From Trichoplax adhaerens (lineage: Eukaryota > Animalia > Placozoa): a stretch of 64,000 bases of DNA. This document shows, piece after piece, positions 36,957 to 50,239 of this stretch (its first letter is position 1; every line of letters starts with the position of its first letter). Location: assembly GCF_000150275.1 (NCBI RefSeq), contig NW_002060946.1, forward strand, positions 1,626,722 to 1,690,721, given 5' to 3'. The notes beneath the pieces were generated by a model that saw nothing but the letters and a program-made list of their open reading frames with translations, searched no databases and was not told where the DNA came from. The translations under genes were made by a program, and so were the position numbers.

Positions 36957-39900
36957 CTATAATTAATGTAATACATAATCCAATATCAATTAAAGCACGT
37001 AACTTTTCTAAAATTTAGACATTAGCCGTGATTTACTATCGTCAAAAGAGCTGCTTACAATTAAGTTATAAATGGTTCTCATCATAAACATTAAACATAC
37101 CTGATTACTAAGACCATCCTCATCTGATGAGTAATAATATAATTGGAAAGGAATAGAGTAAAAATTTAGTTAATATTATAATAATTGCTCATGCTTACAT
37201 TTGGTAAATATACTGTTAGCTACTACTTTGCCTATAGTTGATCAGCAATCTACAGCAATCATTATTGTAATTTTTTCGACTGTTGGAAAGAGTAACAAAA
37301 TTTAGCGTTGACTATTGCGTGAATCATATCCATTTATCTTCCGTAATGTCATGATTGTTATTCTGTACCAAACACCGCTAACTTAGATAAACTTCCAGTG
37401 TTAAATATATTACTATTTATTAATCAACATAAAGATACCAAAGTTAATGATCTCTACTATTTGCTATTGATTCTAGTAAAATTGACCCGAGCTCAATTAG
37501 TAGCAAGTCGTTAATAATTATAATTTATCTTTAGCTTTAACAATTCTACTCGTATTTATCAACATATATCCATCTATACTACGGAATGAATTAATGACAA
37601 GTAAATTCGCCAAAATTGTCTTTAGCATGTTAATGAGATCGCTTTTGCAGTAAATACACTATTGGCAACAGCAATTTACAGCATGAATATGTTATGTATC
37701 TTTAGATTGACTAGAGGGAAATCTTCTAGTACTGCACGGTGTCATGTCGTATGTTAACGCTATTATTTGTGTAGAATTTAGGGTAAGTAAATCATGTAAT
37801 CTATTTCATTCCTGTAAAAAAGAAACTAAACTAGTGTGTGATGGCATTAATACTATATTGCAGATATTTGAGCCCAGCCCCCAAAATTGGGTTTGGATTG
37901 TATAATTTGTAAATTAATTCTCTATAAAAGACTGGAGCACATATCAATAGAGTGCTGAGTACTACTCCAAGAGTCTTTTAAAATCATTCTCTGATTTAAC
38001 TGATAGCTTAATTCCTAGAAGTAAAGCAATTTCGAATGCTCTGATTCCAGCCGTAAATAACCAATCACGATTAACTGAAATAATATCATGCTGTAAGTCT
38101 AGAGGTATCTCACTATGGCTTGCAAGTTACTACGTATCTAGTGTACCGTTTAAAATCAATTTGCGAGTAAATTAGTGAATTCATTCAATAAATTCGAAAA
38201 TGACTAACCGAACCTTTCTCAGGTCTACACTTTCATTAGAACAGAGAAACAATTATTACAGCCTCTAAACTATTTGCATACTGTTATAGTGTAAATTGCA
38301 TCAATTCAATCAAAAATAATTATCAGTTCATTTACCCATTTGCAACAGTGGACAGCAATAAGACAGCAATAAGAACAGCAAAGATACCGTTAAGTAGTGA
38401 AACGCAACATTATACCAGTAGCATGAATAGCTATAACAAACTTTAGTGAGTGAAATAATGCTGGAAATGAGGGTAGTTTTGCAATACTTCATGATTAATT
38501 CTGAGACTCACGACAGTTGTAGAGATGTCAACAACATCAAGTTAGTATGCCCAATTAAAATGATTTCCCGTCTATTTTTGTTAGTTTAAGCATTCTCATG
38601 TCAATCAAAATGGAAATGGTTAACACAATTTTTTGGTATTATATAGTAAATGTCAATTGTGTTAAATTATTACCTGCCATTTTTCTTTTGCAAACTGTTA
38701 AAATTAGAGGGATACTGCGTTCAAAATTGTTACTATGCACGAGCTTAAGTAATATTAGTAAAGCACGGTGCAAAGATATTTATTTATGAGCATGGGCGGG
38801 CTGGGCTGTAGGCCAAAAACAATTTATTAAGAAATGATCATTATTAATTCATTGATATTCATTATAATTAGGCAAGTTAACTTAAGTATCTGCCAGCCAG
38901 TCTGTGTAGCTATCTGGATGATCGACATTGTCGAAGTTTAGCACCAGCTAAGTGAGCTATATGGATTTGCAACTCGTTGTAAGAGATACAATTTATTAGA
39001 TTGACAACAAGTAAGATGGTCTTTAAAAAAAGTCGCATCTTGATCAAGTAGTTTTATCATCAACAAACCGGTACGAATCCAATATAGACAGATATTGGCA
39101 AAACCGAACTATCCTGTACTATGTAACGGTGTACTTGTAAACAAATGTAAGAGATTAGATTGATTTATAATTATAACAAGCAAAGATTGAAGACAAGGTT
39201 ATCACGGTCATTAATCATCAGTTAGTTAATGCAATCGAAAAATGTAACTGCAGCCACGTAATTAGCTGCTATACAGTAGTGTACTAATCAGATTGCCGAT
39301 CTACTTGTAAAGATATTAAATTGGATACAACTTGTATCTACCATGCAACTTAATTAGTAAATCAATCTACAAATGTTGGTGAAATTTAGCTCTAGCTCTA
39401 ATATGCTGCATTTGTAAGGGATGCAATGATATAACGGCCGATGTATTGATATATCCTTGTACATATCAAGAACATGGGCTTTTATTTATCATTTAAGTCA
39501 ATTAATAAATCAATCTACAAATGTTGGTGAAATCTAGCTCTCGCTATAACATACTATGCATCCCTTGGACGGAATGCAACTGATCGATATAAGTACTACA
39601 AATATCGATGTAATTAGAGCTAGATTCTACATTATACTACGCCTTCCTTGTAAGGAATGCGATTCGTTGGCAGTCAGAAAGAGATCATGAAAGTTAATCA
39701 CCAAGTCAATACGATGAATTTTGGTAAAAACATGGTCTAACTACTTCGCTACAGAGTATTAAGCCAGGATACGATAAGTGAAGATATTGATTATAGTTAT
39801 CATATCATCGCTGCTATACTGCGTAGAGATTGAATCATTCTTCCGCTTGATTAAGATAGAATTCAGTTAATACGGAAGTTAACCATCAGTTAATTAATTA

Positions 39901-40479
39901 GTCCATAGGATAGAAGTTATGGAAATGTTGAAATGGAATCATCAGTCTATACGATCGATGTGTAATAAAATTCAACTGACATCATCCGATTTCATGTTCA
40001 TTTTGCCAGTATGTATTTGATCAGCATGGCTATAGCCGAAGACTACCACTAGAAGAGAATCTTAATAGTAGTCTTTGCTTTACACGGCTGCTGTCAGAGG
40101 TTCGATTTAATAACAACATTAGTTATGTTGTCCAATGCTTCCTTAAGGCGTTCATACGAAAACTGTTTAACTACAGTAAAACTCCACTTCAATTAGAAGT
40201 TAAAAATGACTTTTTGACCAGCCGATCCAACCATCATGTGCAATCATTTCAATATGGAATCCTGACGAATGTCCAACATAGAAAGATGCACACTATTGCA
40301 CAGTCATCCAATCTCGACGAGATCATCGATAGCTTGCAATAACAACGAACACGACAGGAAACCAATCAAGAAATAAATGAATTTATTAACTACAACGCAA
40401 TTTGAAATCATTATTCTACATGATAAGACGAAATTAAACCTTCTGACATGATGGCCAACCATAGTCAGTCGTAAAATAG

Positions 40480-43400
40480 AAGCAAAGATTGAATCCAGCT
40501 TCGAGGGGATAAAGCAATGCTATAACAAAGTTGTCATTCTTTAGTTATCCAAGCTTAGGCGATTGAACAATTTGAGGATCTCATTTTGAGCGAAGTTGAC
40601 TATGATTAAGGAAGGCTACCATTATTGTGAACTCAATCGAAATGAATTTGGATCCAATATACTCTAGCGGTTGGCTGACGTAATGCGAGAGTTTCAATTT
40701 TCTGTAAATGATTAAATCATCTTATGATCTCGTTGAAGCGAAGTCGACAAAGTTTATTCTCCTTGCCGTTCTTGTAGAATCTAAATGAGTCTGGATCCAA
40801 TTGACTCTAGTAGTTGACCGACGTAACAAGTCTAAATTTTCTGTCGATGATTTCATCATCTAATGATCTCGTTTATTTAAGCTAAGTCACCTAGAATTAT
40901 TCCCCTTGCCATTTTTGTGAACGCAATAGGAATTCAAATGAGTTTGGACTCAATCCACGTACATACTCTAGTGATTGACTGACGTTAAAAGTCTAAAATT
41001 TCCCTGTAGATAATTCAACCATTTAATGATCGAAATTTATAATAAATTAACCATAACTAAGCTTGTTCTGCCAATCGTTACTGTTGCTAAATAAGTTAGC
41101 TATCGGTTACTATTTATTTCGATTTTTTTTTATTCTAACCTAGCAGTTGATTAATTGAAAACGGACTACCTTTTCCTCACATACTATAGTAGTAATCTCT
41201 TCTCACTAATAGATCAAGACAAGAATCCCTAATCGTATTTTCCCTAGCACCGAACATAGACAATATATCATCGTTGGTTATGGTTAATCAAATCAGCGAT
41301 AAAGAATAAATTGAAAGATAGTTATCGTCATCGTTTTCTAAAACGCAACGTAGAAGTGACCAAATTGTCAAATAGATCCTCTCCGCAATTGGATAAAATA
41401 ATAAAAAAGTTGAAAGACGAACTTATCGAGTAACTAGTCGTTTGGTGTTAAATAATAAGCTTGGAGTCTCAATGGCCTTTCAACTGGCAAATTATTCCCA
41501 TAAATAGTTAATCATTGAAAATCTTTCTCTATTTAATACCATACAAATCAATAAGGAAAAATTGATGAATAACGGACGACATGTTGTTCCCTCTCTATTA
41601 CTTTCTTTTCTACGCTATGATTACAGGTAATCATGATTGAAATAGCATTTTCTCCTCCTGCAGTGATTGAGCCAGCAAAGGAACAAGTCGTGATTTTATT
41701 TCATACCGAGCAGCATGACCTAATTTAAAATCTTGACTGTTTTATGCTATCCATGCATTTCAATTAGGATAACAGATGAAATGTTGTTACTATTCTATTC
41801 TTTTTTTTTTCTATGCTACTAATTACAGGTAGTTCTTGTTATGATTGAAATCCAATTTTCCCCTCTTCAAGTGATTAAACCAGCCAAGAAACGAATCGTC
41901 ATTTCATTTCATACTGAGCAATAAAACCTGATTGAAAACCTTTGCAGTTTTATACCATTTATCCACGTCAATATGGGATAAGAGATGAAATATTATTCCT
42001 ATTCTATTCGTTTCTTTTCTATGCTACTGATTACAGGTAGTTCTTATCCTGATTGAAATTCAATTTTCCCCTCCTCGAATGATTTAAGTAGTAAAAAAAA
42101 CAAATCGCTATTTCATTTCATGGCACGAAGCAATATTACCTGGTCCTGCTTTATTATGTTTCTTCTTATGACGATGTTTTTTGGCTTTCTTCTTACTTCG
42201 ATGCGGTTCGTCGGCCATGCTAAATAGGGTTTATTAAAGTCTTCCATATCAATACCAATTATCCTAGTCTAAACATCTAGATTTATCTTTTATTACCAAT
42301 CAATCTTCTCCTATCGTCTTACCGTATCTTTTAAACCAATAATTCCCTTATTTCTGAAAAAAAGAAAGCTTCAAAACTCAACGATGCCTATTCTATCGAT
42401 AGGGTAATTAGATCGAACGTTAAGAAAATAAGGATGGGGAAAAAATAAAGCGATCAACTCTTCTACTCTCTTCTTACGCTACCTGAATATCAAGGAGATC
42501 GAATGAAGATCCTTTTCTTATACATGTATAGACGATTGTAGGCCTTTCCACTATGTCAAGAAATATATTTACTTTTTTCAATGAGGCCAAAACTGACGTA
42601 ATTGGATCAATAATAGAATTCTATATTAAGTAGTATTAAGAGGAAGAAGAAAGGAATCACATGTCATTTTTTTCTACCTTTGAACTGGTTAAAGTAGTTC
42701 ATAGTAGGCGTTAACAGGCAATATTTAAATTATTTATTCAAATACTTCCACTTTACATTCAAGAAATACACCCTATGGACTTTACCGGTACTAGGTGGCA
42801 AAAAAATCAACTACAGAAAGGAGAGATTAAGTGTAAGAAACCACTGCTTGCATGGTTAACACCTTAACAATAATGACGCTATCAAGAAGGAAGCTGGCAA
42901 GATTTCCTACTATTTGTGGATTAGGTTGGTTAATTAAACCCTATTTATCATATCGAATTGTTGATTGCTTACTCAATTACGGCTTTTCAACTTTTTGGAA
43001 GGGAAATTGAATCACGCTATCAGCTTGTTCTGTATGCGGTAGAACGATGGAAGTCATTGGTTTTAACTTACTGGCGATTCAATATAGATGTAAACTTTAT
43101 TTTTACGCGTATGTAGAGAAAATCTTTTATTGGATAGCCAACTGACTAGCATGGGGAAACTTAATCTTGGCTATTGGCTTCTTCCTTAAATACCTATAGT
43201 AGTCATTCACTTCAACTTAGCCGATTATGAAGTATAAAACTTTCATTTTACGTTTACAAGCCTTCAATTTTGAGGGCAACGTTGCGGCTGGCAAAGCTGG
43301 TAAAGACACCCTTGGATAGATCAAATTGACTAGTATGCTATCGCCTTACTCTTTATACATTTATGGTAGTTACTAGTTTGAACTTGCCCGGTTATTCAAT

Positions 43401-44000
43401 GCAAAAACTTTATTTTTTACGCCTAGAAAACCATTCCATAGTTTGATGGTTATGGCTGGTAAAATCTTGGACCGTAAAGACACCCTTGGATATCAAACTA
43501 ACTAGCATTGAGAAACTAATTTATGCCTTTGGCTTGTTCTTATACAACTATATTAGACTTGGATTTGGACTCATTGGTTCCAAAACGTATATTTTCGTAT
43601 GCTAAAAGTTTTCATTTGGAGAGTTGTAACTGATAAAGGCATCCTTAGATATCAAATTGCCTAGCATTGGCGATACTTAATCGTACTTTTGGCTTGTTCT
43701 TGATACAACGATGGTAGTCGTTGGTTTGAACTTATCCGATTATTAAATACACATTTCATTTTTTACGTTTAGAAAGTCCTTCATTTTGAGACTTGGGGTC
43801 GTAAAGAAACCTTGAATACCAAACTGACTAACATTGGGAAACTTAATCATGCTATTGGCTTGTTCTTTATTTAACGATAGTTATTCATAGGTTTAACTTA
43901 CCACTTCTTAAAACAAAAAAGCTTTGCTTCGACATATAGGAACCCTTCAATTTGATAGTTGTTACTGTTAAAAATACCCTTGGATATCAAAACTGAGTAG
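40480..44000. repeat. Three old, degenerate tandem arrays (about 150 bp x3-4 at 40.5-41.0 kb; about 205 bp x3 at 41.6-42.1 kb; about 170 bp x6 at 43.0-44.0 kb)
   Basis: Recurring anchors: gatctc..gcgaagt; tacaggta..gattgaaat; ccttggata..aaactgactagcat. Confidence 0.7.
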
Positions 44001-44064
44001 TATTCTAGCTATGACGGATTAATAAGCAACGGCAGTTAATTCTGCGGTAGGTCCCTGTTGCAAG

Positions 44065-44205
44065 TACAACTGCATGCTCAAATCCTTTGCTGAAACTTTT
44101 GATAGATGAATGTTGACGAAATTGTCTAAAATTGAGCATATGGGTTCAGATAAACATGTATCATCCTGTCCAAGTTTCAGCACAGGATTTGAGCATGCAG
44201 TTCTA
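44065..44205. mobile_element. MITE-like foldback element, about 140 bp
   Basis: 31-bp inverted repeat at 44068-44098 and 44172-44202 with one mismatch (aactgcatgctcaaatcct(t/g)tgctgaaactt). It extends outward through one mismatch to TA on both sides. Confidence 0.65.
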
Positions 44206-46276
44206 TTTCTGACGAAGCCTATTCTGCAATCATTGCAACGGAACCATCAGCTGTTGAAAGTCGTCTATTTCCAATACTTATTACCTACGATAATACCAAA
44301 TACTACTTTGATATGCTCAATTTTGAAAGGAAATAATTTCAGATTGCCTGATAACCGACTATCTATAATGAATAGATGTACTGTATATGCATCACAGATA
44401 TGTTGGGAATCGCCTTGATAATCGGAATTGCTAAAGCTAGCTCGAGATAGACTTTATGAATAATGACCAGACTTATAAATCCGTCAAAATATCCAATTTA
44501 TTTAGTTCAAATGATAACTTACCAACAAGTAACATGATACAAAACTATACTAAAGCCGATATGTTTACCAACGAGTAATGAGATCAAGTCTAATCAATAA
44601 CTCTACGCTAGCTCTGTCTCTAGCTTAGCTTGCACAGCTTTCAACGAAATGCTGTCAATTTTTATGCATCCATATTTAAGTAGGGATTACTAACTTAAGA
44701 CAATTACACCATATGAGGAATTATATGGAAATCTTGCTACGAACATTACTTATTACATCAGCACTAACTACCTTACCTGGACATAACACTATCCATTATT
44801 TAGAAATCAATCGTTTGCAAGGTTAGCACCTAGTGGCCATCTAAATCAAATTGTTAACAGCTGAAAACCATAAAAACTGCTGACGATAGGATGTGTCAAA
44901 CTTATACAGTCCATTCATATTAATTAGTTTAATAAATTCAAGCTTTACCTCCAAGCTACAATAGGCAGCTGTTGATTGTTTCTTAATTAATGCATTTAAA
45001 ATTCTTAAGTAAAATGGATTAATTCTAGATTGCAATTAAAACAATACTAGTAGGAGTATATTTTAAACCTGATTACAGCCAGTCCAAAGTGAAATGTTAA
45101 TTGTGGTAGTGAAATACTGAATTAGGGCTACTGCTATAAAATCATCGCTGCCTTTAATACTAATAAATAAATCATTTATCTCGGGGCGATCCTCAGATTT
45201 AACACACAGTCAACATTATACATTTAATGCATAAAATTAGCAACGTAATACAGTAGTATACTAGTGTAGTCAATTACACATATATTATACGTGGATACAT
45301 TACAACGCGAAAGTATAATGTAGGAAAGGAATTGAACATCAATATTAGCTGTATAATATTAACTTTTGGTAAGGATGGAATAAAATACTATTCAAAAACT
45401 GTAGTGTAATTTCCATCCATCTTGTTATTGCTTGATCTAGGTAATACAGTATACACGTATCTATTTTTTATAAACAGTAAAGGGTAGACGAGAACTCGTA
45501 TACATCTATTGTTGACCAATAATCTCTGTAATAAAGACCCTCAATGTTCTTCCAACATCATTTTGTTCAACCGTAAGCCATTTTTGCCTCAGGCACTCCT
45601 AATTCATTGGAAAAAGCTTCCAACACTTTGATAGTACGATTTGTCTAATGTCTATACGTACATAGTGTAAAAGTCCGTCCAGAATTACTAATCGTCAATT
45701 GTAATAAAACAAACCGGCATAGGGTGATAATTTTAGAATTTTATTCCAAAAATTATCATAATTTTTTTATATTGTATCTTGCATACTTTCATGACAGTCA
45801 AATGCCGCTCTTAAAATATCTAGTAAATCGAAATCAAACAATTAATGATGAAGAAATAAATGCATGCGAAAGATAATTGATTGGCCATAATTTTGACATC
45901 ACACGCACAGTAAATTGGATAATGAAGAAAACTATGATATCGTTCGAATAGGGTTGTACACAAATCACTTTCAATTGATGGTAATAGCTAATTGGTACAG
46001 TAATTGATTAAATTTTTCAAGAATTTAAGGAAAGCTATATTCGGCATCTATGATATAATGAAATAGGAACAAACATTTAATGCACAACTTTTAAACTAAT
46101 TCAGTACTGGTTAAAAGTACAGTTTGTACATTCTAAATATCAATATTTGGTATTAATCACGTCAAAATGTACTATCTTAATAATATGTCAAATAAAATAA
46201 ATAATACCATTTCATAAATTATAGATCATAGCTATTCATTTGGCTAAATGCCGATATATGATATTCTTTGATATTT

Positions 46277-49200
46277 TCAAGGCCTGTTCATTTTTGCTGT
46301 TTGGCGCGCGTTAACCCCTTCAAACGCCTGATGATCTTGATGAGCTAAAGTAATAAAAGGCAATTTCAATTTTACGGTTTACGTTAAACATTATTTCTCA
46401 TTTATCAAGTAAAGCAAGCAATTGGATATCTGGACATACACTTGTAATATGCCTGTTCTAGAGTTATAGTCGGTAGCAATTGCTTCAGTTTCCTTTCAAT
46501 CTAAAATGTTAAATTAGCTTACTAAATATCAAAGTCGTTCACGTTCCGCTGATATTGAGACTACTATATGAAGTGAATTAGTTACATAGGTTATAAAGTT
46601 TTCTTTGTTATTTGCGTTAGCATGCCATATTTGTACTACATCGCTCTTTTCTCTGATGCTAATGCTTACACCGCATATATCATCATCTAAAGGTGAAATA
46701 AAATGTAACAATATTGTCGTACTAGCATTAAGATACGATGCTACTAAAATACGAGATAAATTACATCATACATAATAATACTACATTCCAATCAATTTTT
46801 AACTCAAAAGTATACGCATATATAAATATTGTAATGTTTAGTAAATACATGGTTTTAAATCTTTGGAAAATTGTTCTCCAATCGAAGCTAATAGAAGCTC
46901 CCTCCAGACATCTTCCTTTATAGTAATTGTTCATCAGATTGATACAATTGCAATAGGTTATGCATTAGCAAGCTAGTAATTACAATAGGTGAAAAAAATA
47001 TCATTCGTGTCATTAACTACCGTATTCTCCTTAATACAGCGAGTCTTGTATGAGCCTCCATTACGATTAACAGGATCTTCCCTAAAATAGTTTTACCACA
47101 TAATACATATAAAGCAATCTTATCCAATATTCAAGTTATGTTTACGCTACAGCGTTGCAAGAAAGTGGTCATTATTGAGTCCTGATGATATATCTGTTTG
47201 TGTTCAATGTAGCATTCTTACCAGATGGGCCGAGTTTCATTTCTCATCAAGAAGTAACTGGATCTTAATTTAATGGATGACACTTTGGGAATATGATCAT
47301 AAACACTCCAGAAACCCTACAATTGAAATGCCAATGGAAATGAATAGATGGTAAAAAATGCAATTTCAAAGTGACTGGTAGCTTCCTCATTGCAACACGA
47401 GCATCAGCTATTTAAAAAATATGTCTACTGCAGAACTGTAATTGAAATCACTGTAGAAATCCTGCAGTCGAAGTAAACCATGACAAAATGTGCAACTTTA
47501 CTATTGATTTGAAAGTTTAAAGCGTAACTCCGTTCATTCCATGATAATATACGTATCATTTTTCTATATATTCGTATAAGCATAAAATTTCCTCCATCTA
47601 TTCTGTAAGTAGTCTTTCAGCTACATGCTGTAGCAAAGTAGAGAGATACAGTATAATGTTGCCGTGCTGAACTGACATACTGTAGCAAAGTATAGTGATG
47701 TAATGTTGCCGTTCATGCTGACTATGCAGATACTTTATTACTTATTACAGAAAAGTCCATCTTCTAAAAAGACTCATGAGTCATCCAAAGTATTTTCTGT
47801 GTGATAGCTGGAATTACCTGGATGGTATCAACAGCCATAATTTTCTTAAGATTATCCTCATATTGGTCTTTGGACAGGCCATGATAGGTTCTATCCAAAT
47901 AGAAATACCAATGCATTAATAGAAATTTCTTTGCTTTGCTGCTACACAATATAAACTATGCCATTATTCAATTCACTATTAATTGATTCTCCTTTCATGA
48001 CTACTAAATTTACACTTATCACTTTAGCCAGTTCATTTAAGAGCTTGTAATAGCTTTTATTACTGTAGTTGAAAGTAGGCGTGAAATTCACGCTTTACTA
48101 GTCATTCATCCATTCGCAATACTGTCATGTAATAAACAAATCTTGTCTATACATTTAGTAGTAAGTAGGAATAATTTCAATTAATCAAGCTTACTGCTTC
48201 CCAGTAAATCAATTAATAGACTGTGTAATAATATTCATACGACTGCACAATGATCATCATTTGACTCTATTATGCTTTACAAAAACTTCAGACGGATCGT
48301 TATAAGTTTTATAAGTCGTACTTGGTTGATCTCATTTCCTAAGTACTATTAATACACGTCCATGGAATAGAATACGATCATGTAGAGCAAGCTTTCATTC
48401 ATTCCACCTATTGCTTCTATTGTACCTTTCCATGAAGGCATTATAAATGTGAAAATTGTACGGAATAATCGATTGATGAGAGATGTCCTGTATCCGTATC
48501 TCTCTATTTTGTATTTTTGCTATTACGTGACTAGAAATTTTTCAGTAGAGTTTGATTGATTTAAATACCTTGTCTAGCTACGCTCATTATTTATGATAAG
48601 AGTACATCCAGCCCAATCGATTTGGGTAGTTGTCTATAGACTATTTTGGCATTCTTATTGCATTCCTTTAGTCAAAAAAGCGATCGTGACGGGTGTAGTA
48701 AATGTTGATATCTTCAACGGTAATTAGAAATATCCTGTAATGCAACGTATCCAATTCGGTTTTATCAAACTTGTCATTTAACTCAATAGGATAGTGTGAA
48801 GAAATGATGAATTGGATCATGCTGTTACTGTTGATATCAAGCAATAAAAGTAGTAAAGTTTTGTTTGATCGCGTTACTTCTACGATGACAATCTATTGTA
48901 ACCAATGGCTAATGTATATTTACCTTCCACTTGTCTATTGATGCTAAAGTAGCGAAAAGGATGATTCTATTCCCTCTTTCATGACCGTATTCATCTTATG
49001 CTATGCAATGGATGTACATCGTTTCTCTTCTAGATCATTCCATCCTTACTTGAACATCATCATTGGATAAAACTGGCTAGCAATGAACAACATTACAACA
49101 GCAATGATAGGGGTTTGTCCATGATTGATTGTATTAGGATGCAATCTTCAGTAGATCGTTTAGGATAAGTGAATCAAATATTCATATTGTCCTACTCTAT

Positions 49201-49687
49201 CCTGTCTTATTTGTTCATTTGATGAGTCAAGTACTAAACTGTACCATTTTCATTCCCTGTATGCTATTTTCCAGGGAAATACTCTATCCTACCGATTGTT
49301 GTTCTCCTCTTGAAATGATCAAGAGCAAAAGTGTCAACATGATGATGGATCGTTCCCCTTGGAAATTACTTTATGATGAAAGCTAGACTGCTATCGATCA
49401 TACATACTGTAGTAGAGACATGGAATCGAATATCAATCTTTTCATGGATTTGATCGCAATCTTTCAGTCGATTACTATTGCCCATGGATGAACTGGAAGA
49501 AAGAGATGGAAACAACTTACGTATCACACCAAAATGTCCATCTTGAACCTAATGGAACGGCAGGTATCTTTTCAACGTTGTCATCGTCCTCGTCGGCTAG
49601 ATTGATTTGCCAACTTACATCACTGGATTGCTTACTTTCTTCTCCTGTATCCACCTGGACAGGACGATCAATCTCTCTTTGATCCAT
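46277..49687 (-). CDS. EIF4E3: Translation initiation factor 4E, class III; 8 exons (approx. 49521-49687, 47818-47890, 47222-47316, 47021-47081, 46850-46916, 46586-46686, 46440-46500, 46277-46344)
   Basis: Spliced protein: [102 protein letters not shown]. Trp at the W43 position, Tyr at the W56 position and the HxxFEG tail indicate class III. An in-frame stop lies just upstream of the ATG. Confidence 0.93.
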
Positions 49688-50239
49688 CCTTCAATGCCAA
49701 TTTCAAGTCGATTACGTGCAAGATCTCCCAACTAGACTGCAGATATCATCCGTTTACCTTCACGATCGGCGTTGTGGAGTCGAATATTGCTGGCGATGAT
49801 GGCCAATTTCTTGCCGATGTTGTTTGTTTTTATATTGATGATGATGATGATGTTGTGGACTTGGCCATAGCTCCACTCACTACCGGTACTGATGTAGGTA
49901 CTACCGCTATAGGCTGGCGTATTAGACCGCACACTTTTACACAGCCATCTTGCCCGACTAAAACCTAGTGATGGAAGAATACTAGTACGGTACCAGTACC
50001 GTACCGAATCGTGGAACGGTACGGTACGGGACGGTACTGGACCGGACCGATTGCCAACTTTCCAACAGATGTTGATTGGGACCCCTATTTGCAGTAGTCA
50101 CCAGTCGAGTCTACCAAATTGTCTACCATTAGCCTATTGCAAGCACTACTGTATGGAATAGTACTCAGCTGATGATCCAAGATGGAGGTTGTCATGATCC
50201 ATTTTCATCGATGATGGACACTACTATATGGAGCAGTAC

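Noticed and set aside
44110-44418. 102-aa plus-strand ORF
   Set aside because: It overlaps the foldback element and shows no motif or splice support.
44768-44790. cttacctgg as the U1 snRNA 5' end
   Set aside because: There is no U1 similarity beyond 9 nt; it reads as a minus-strand splice-donor-like sequence.
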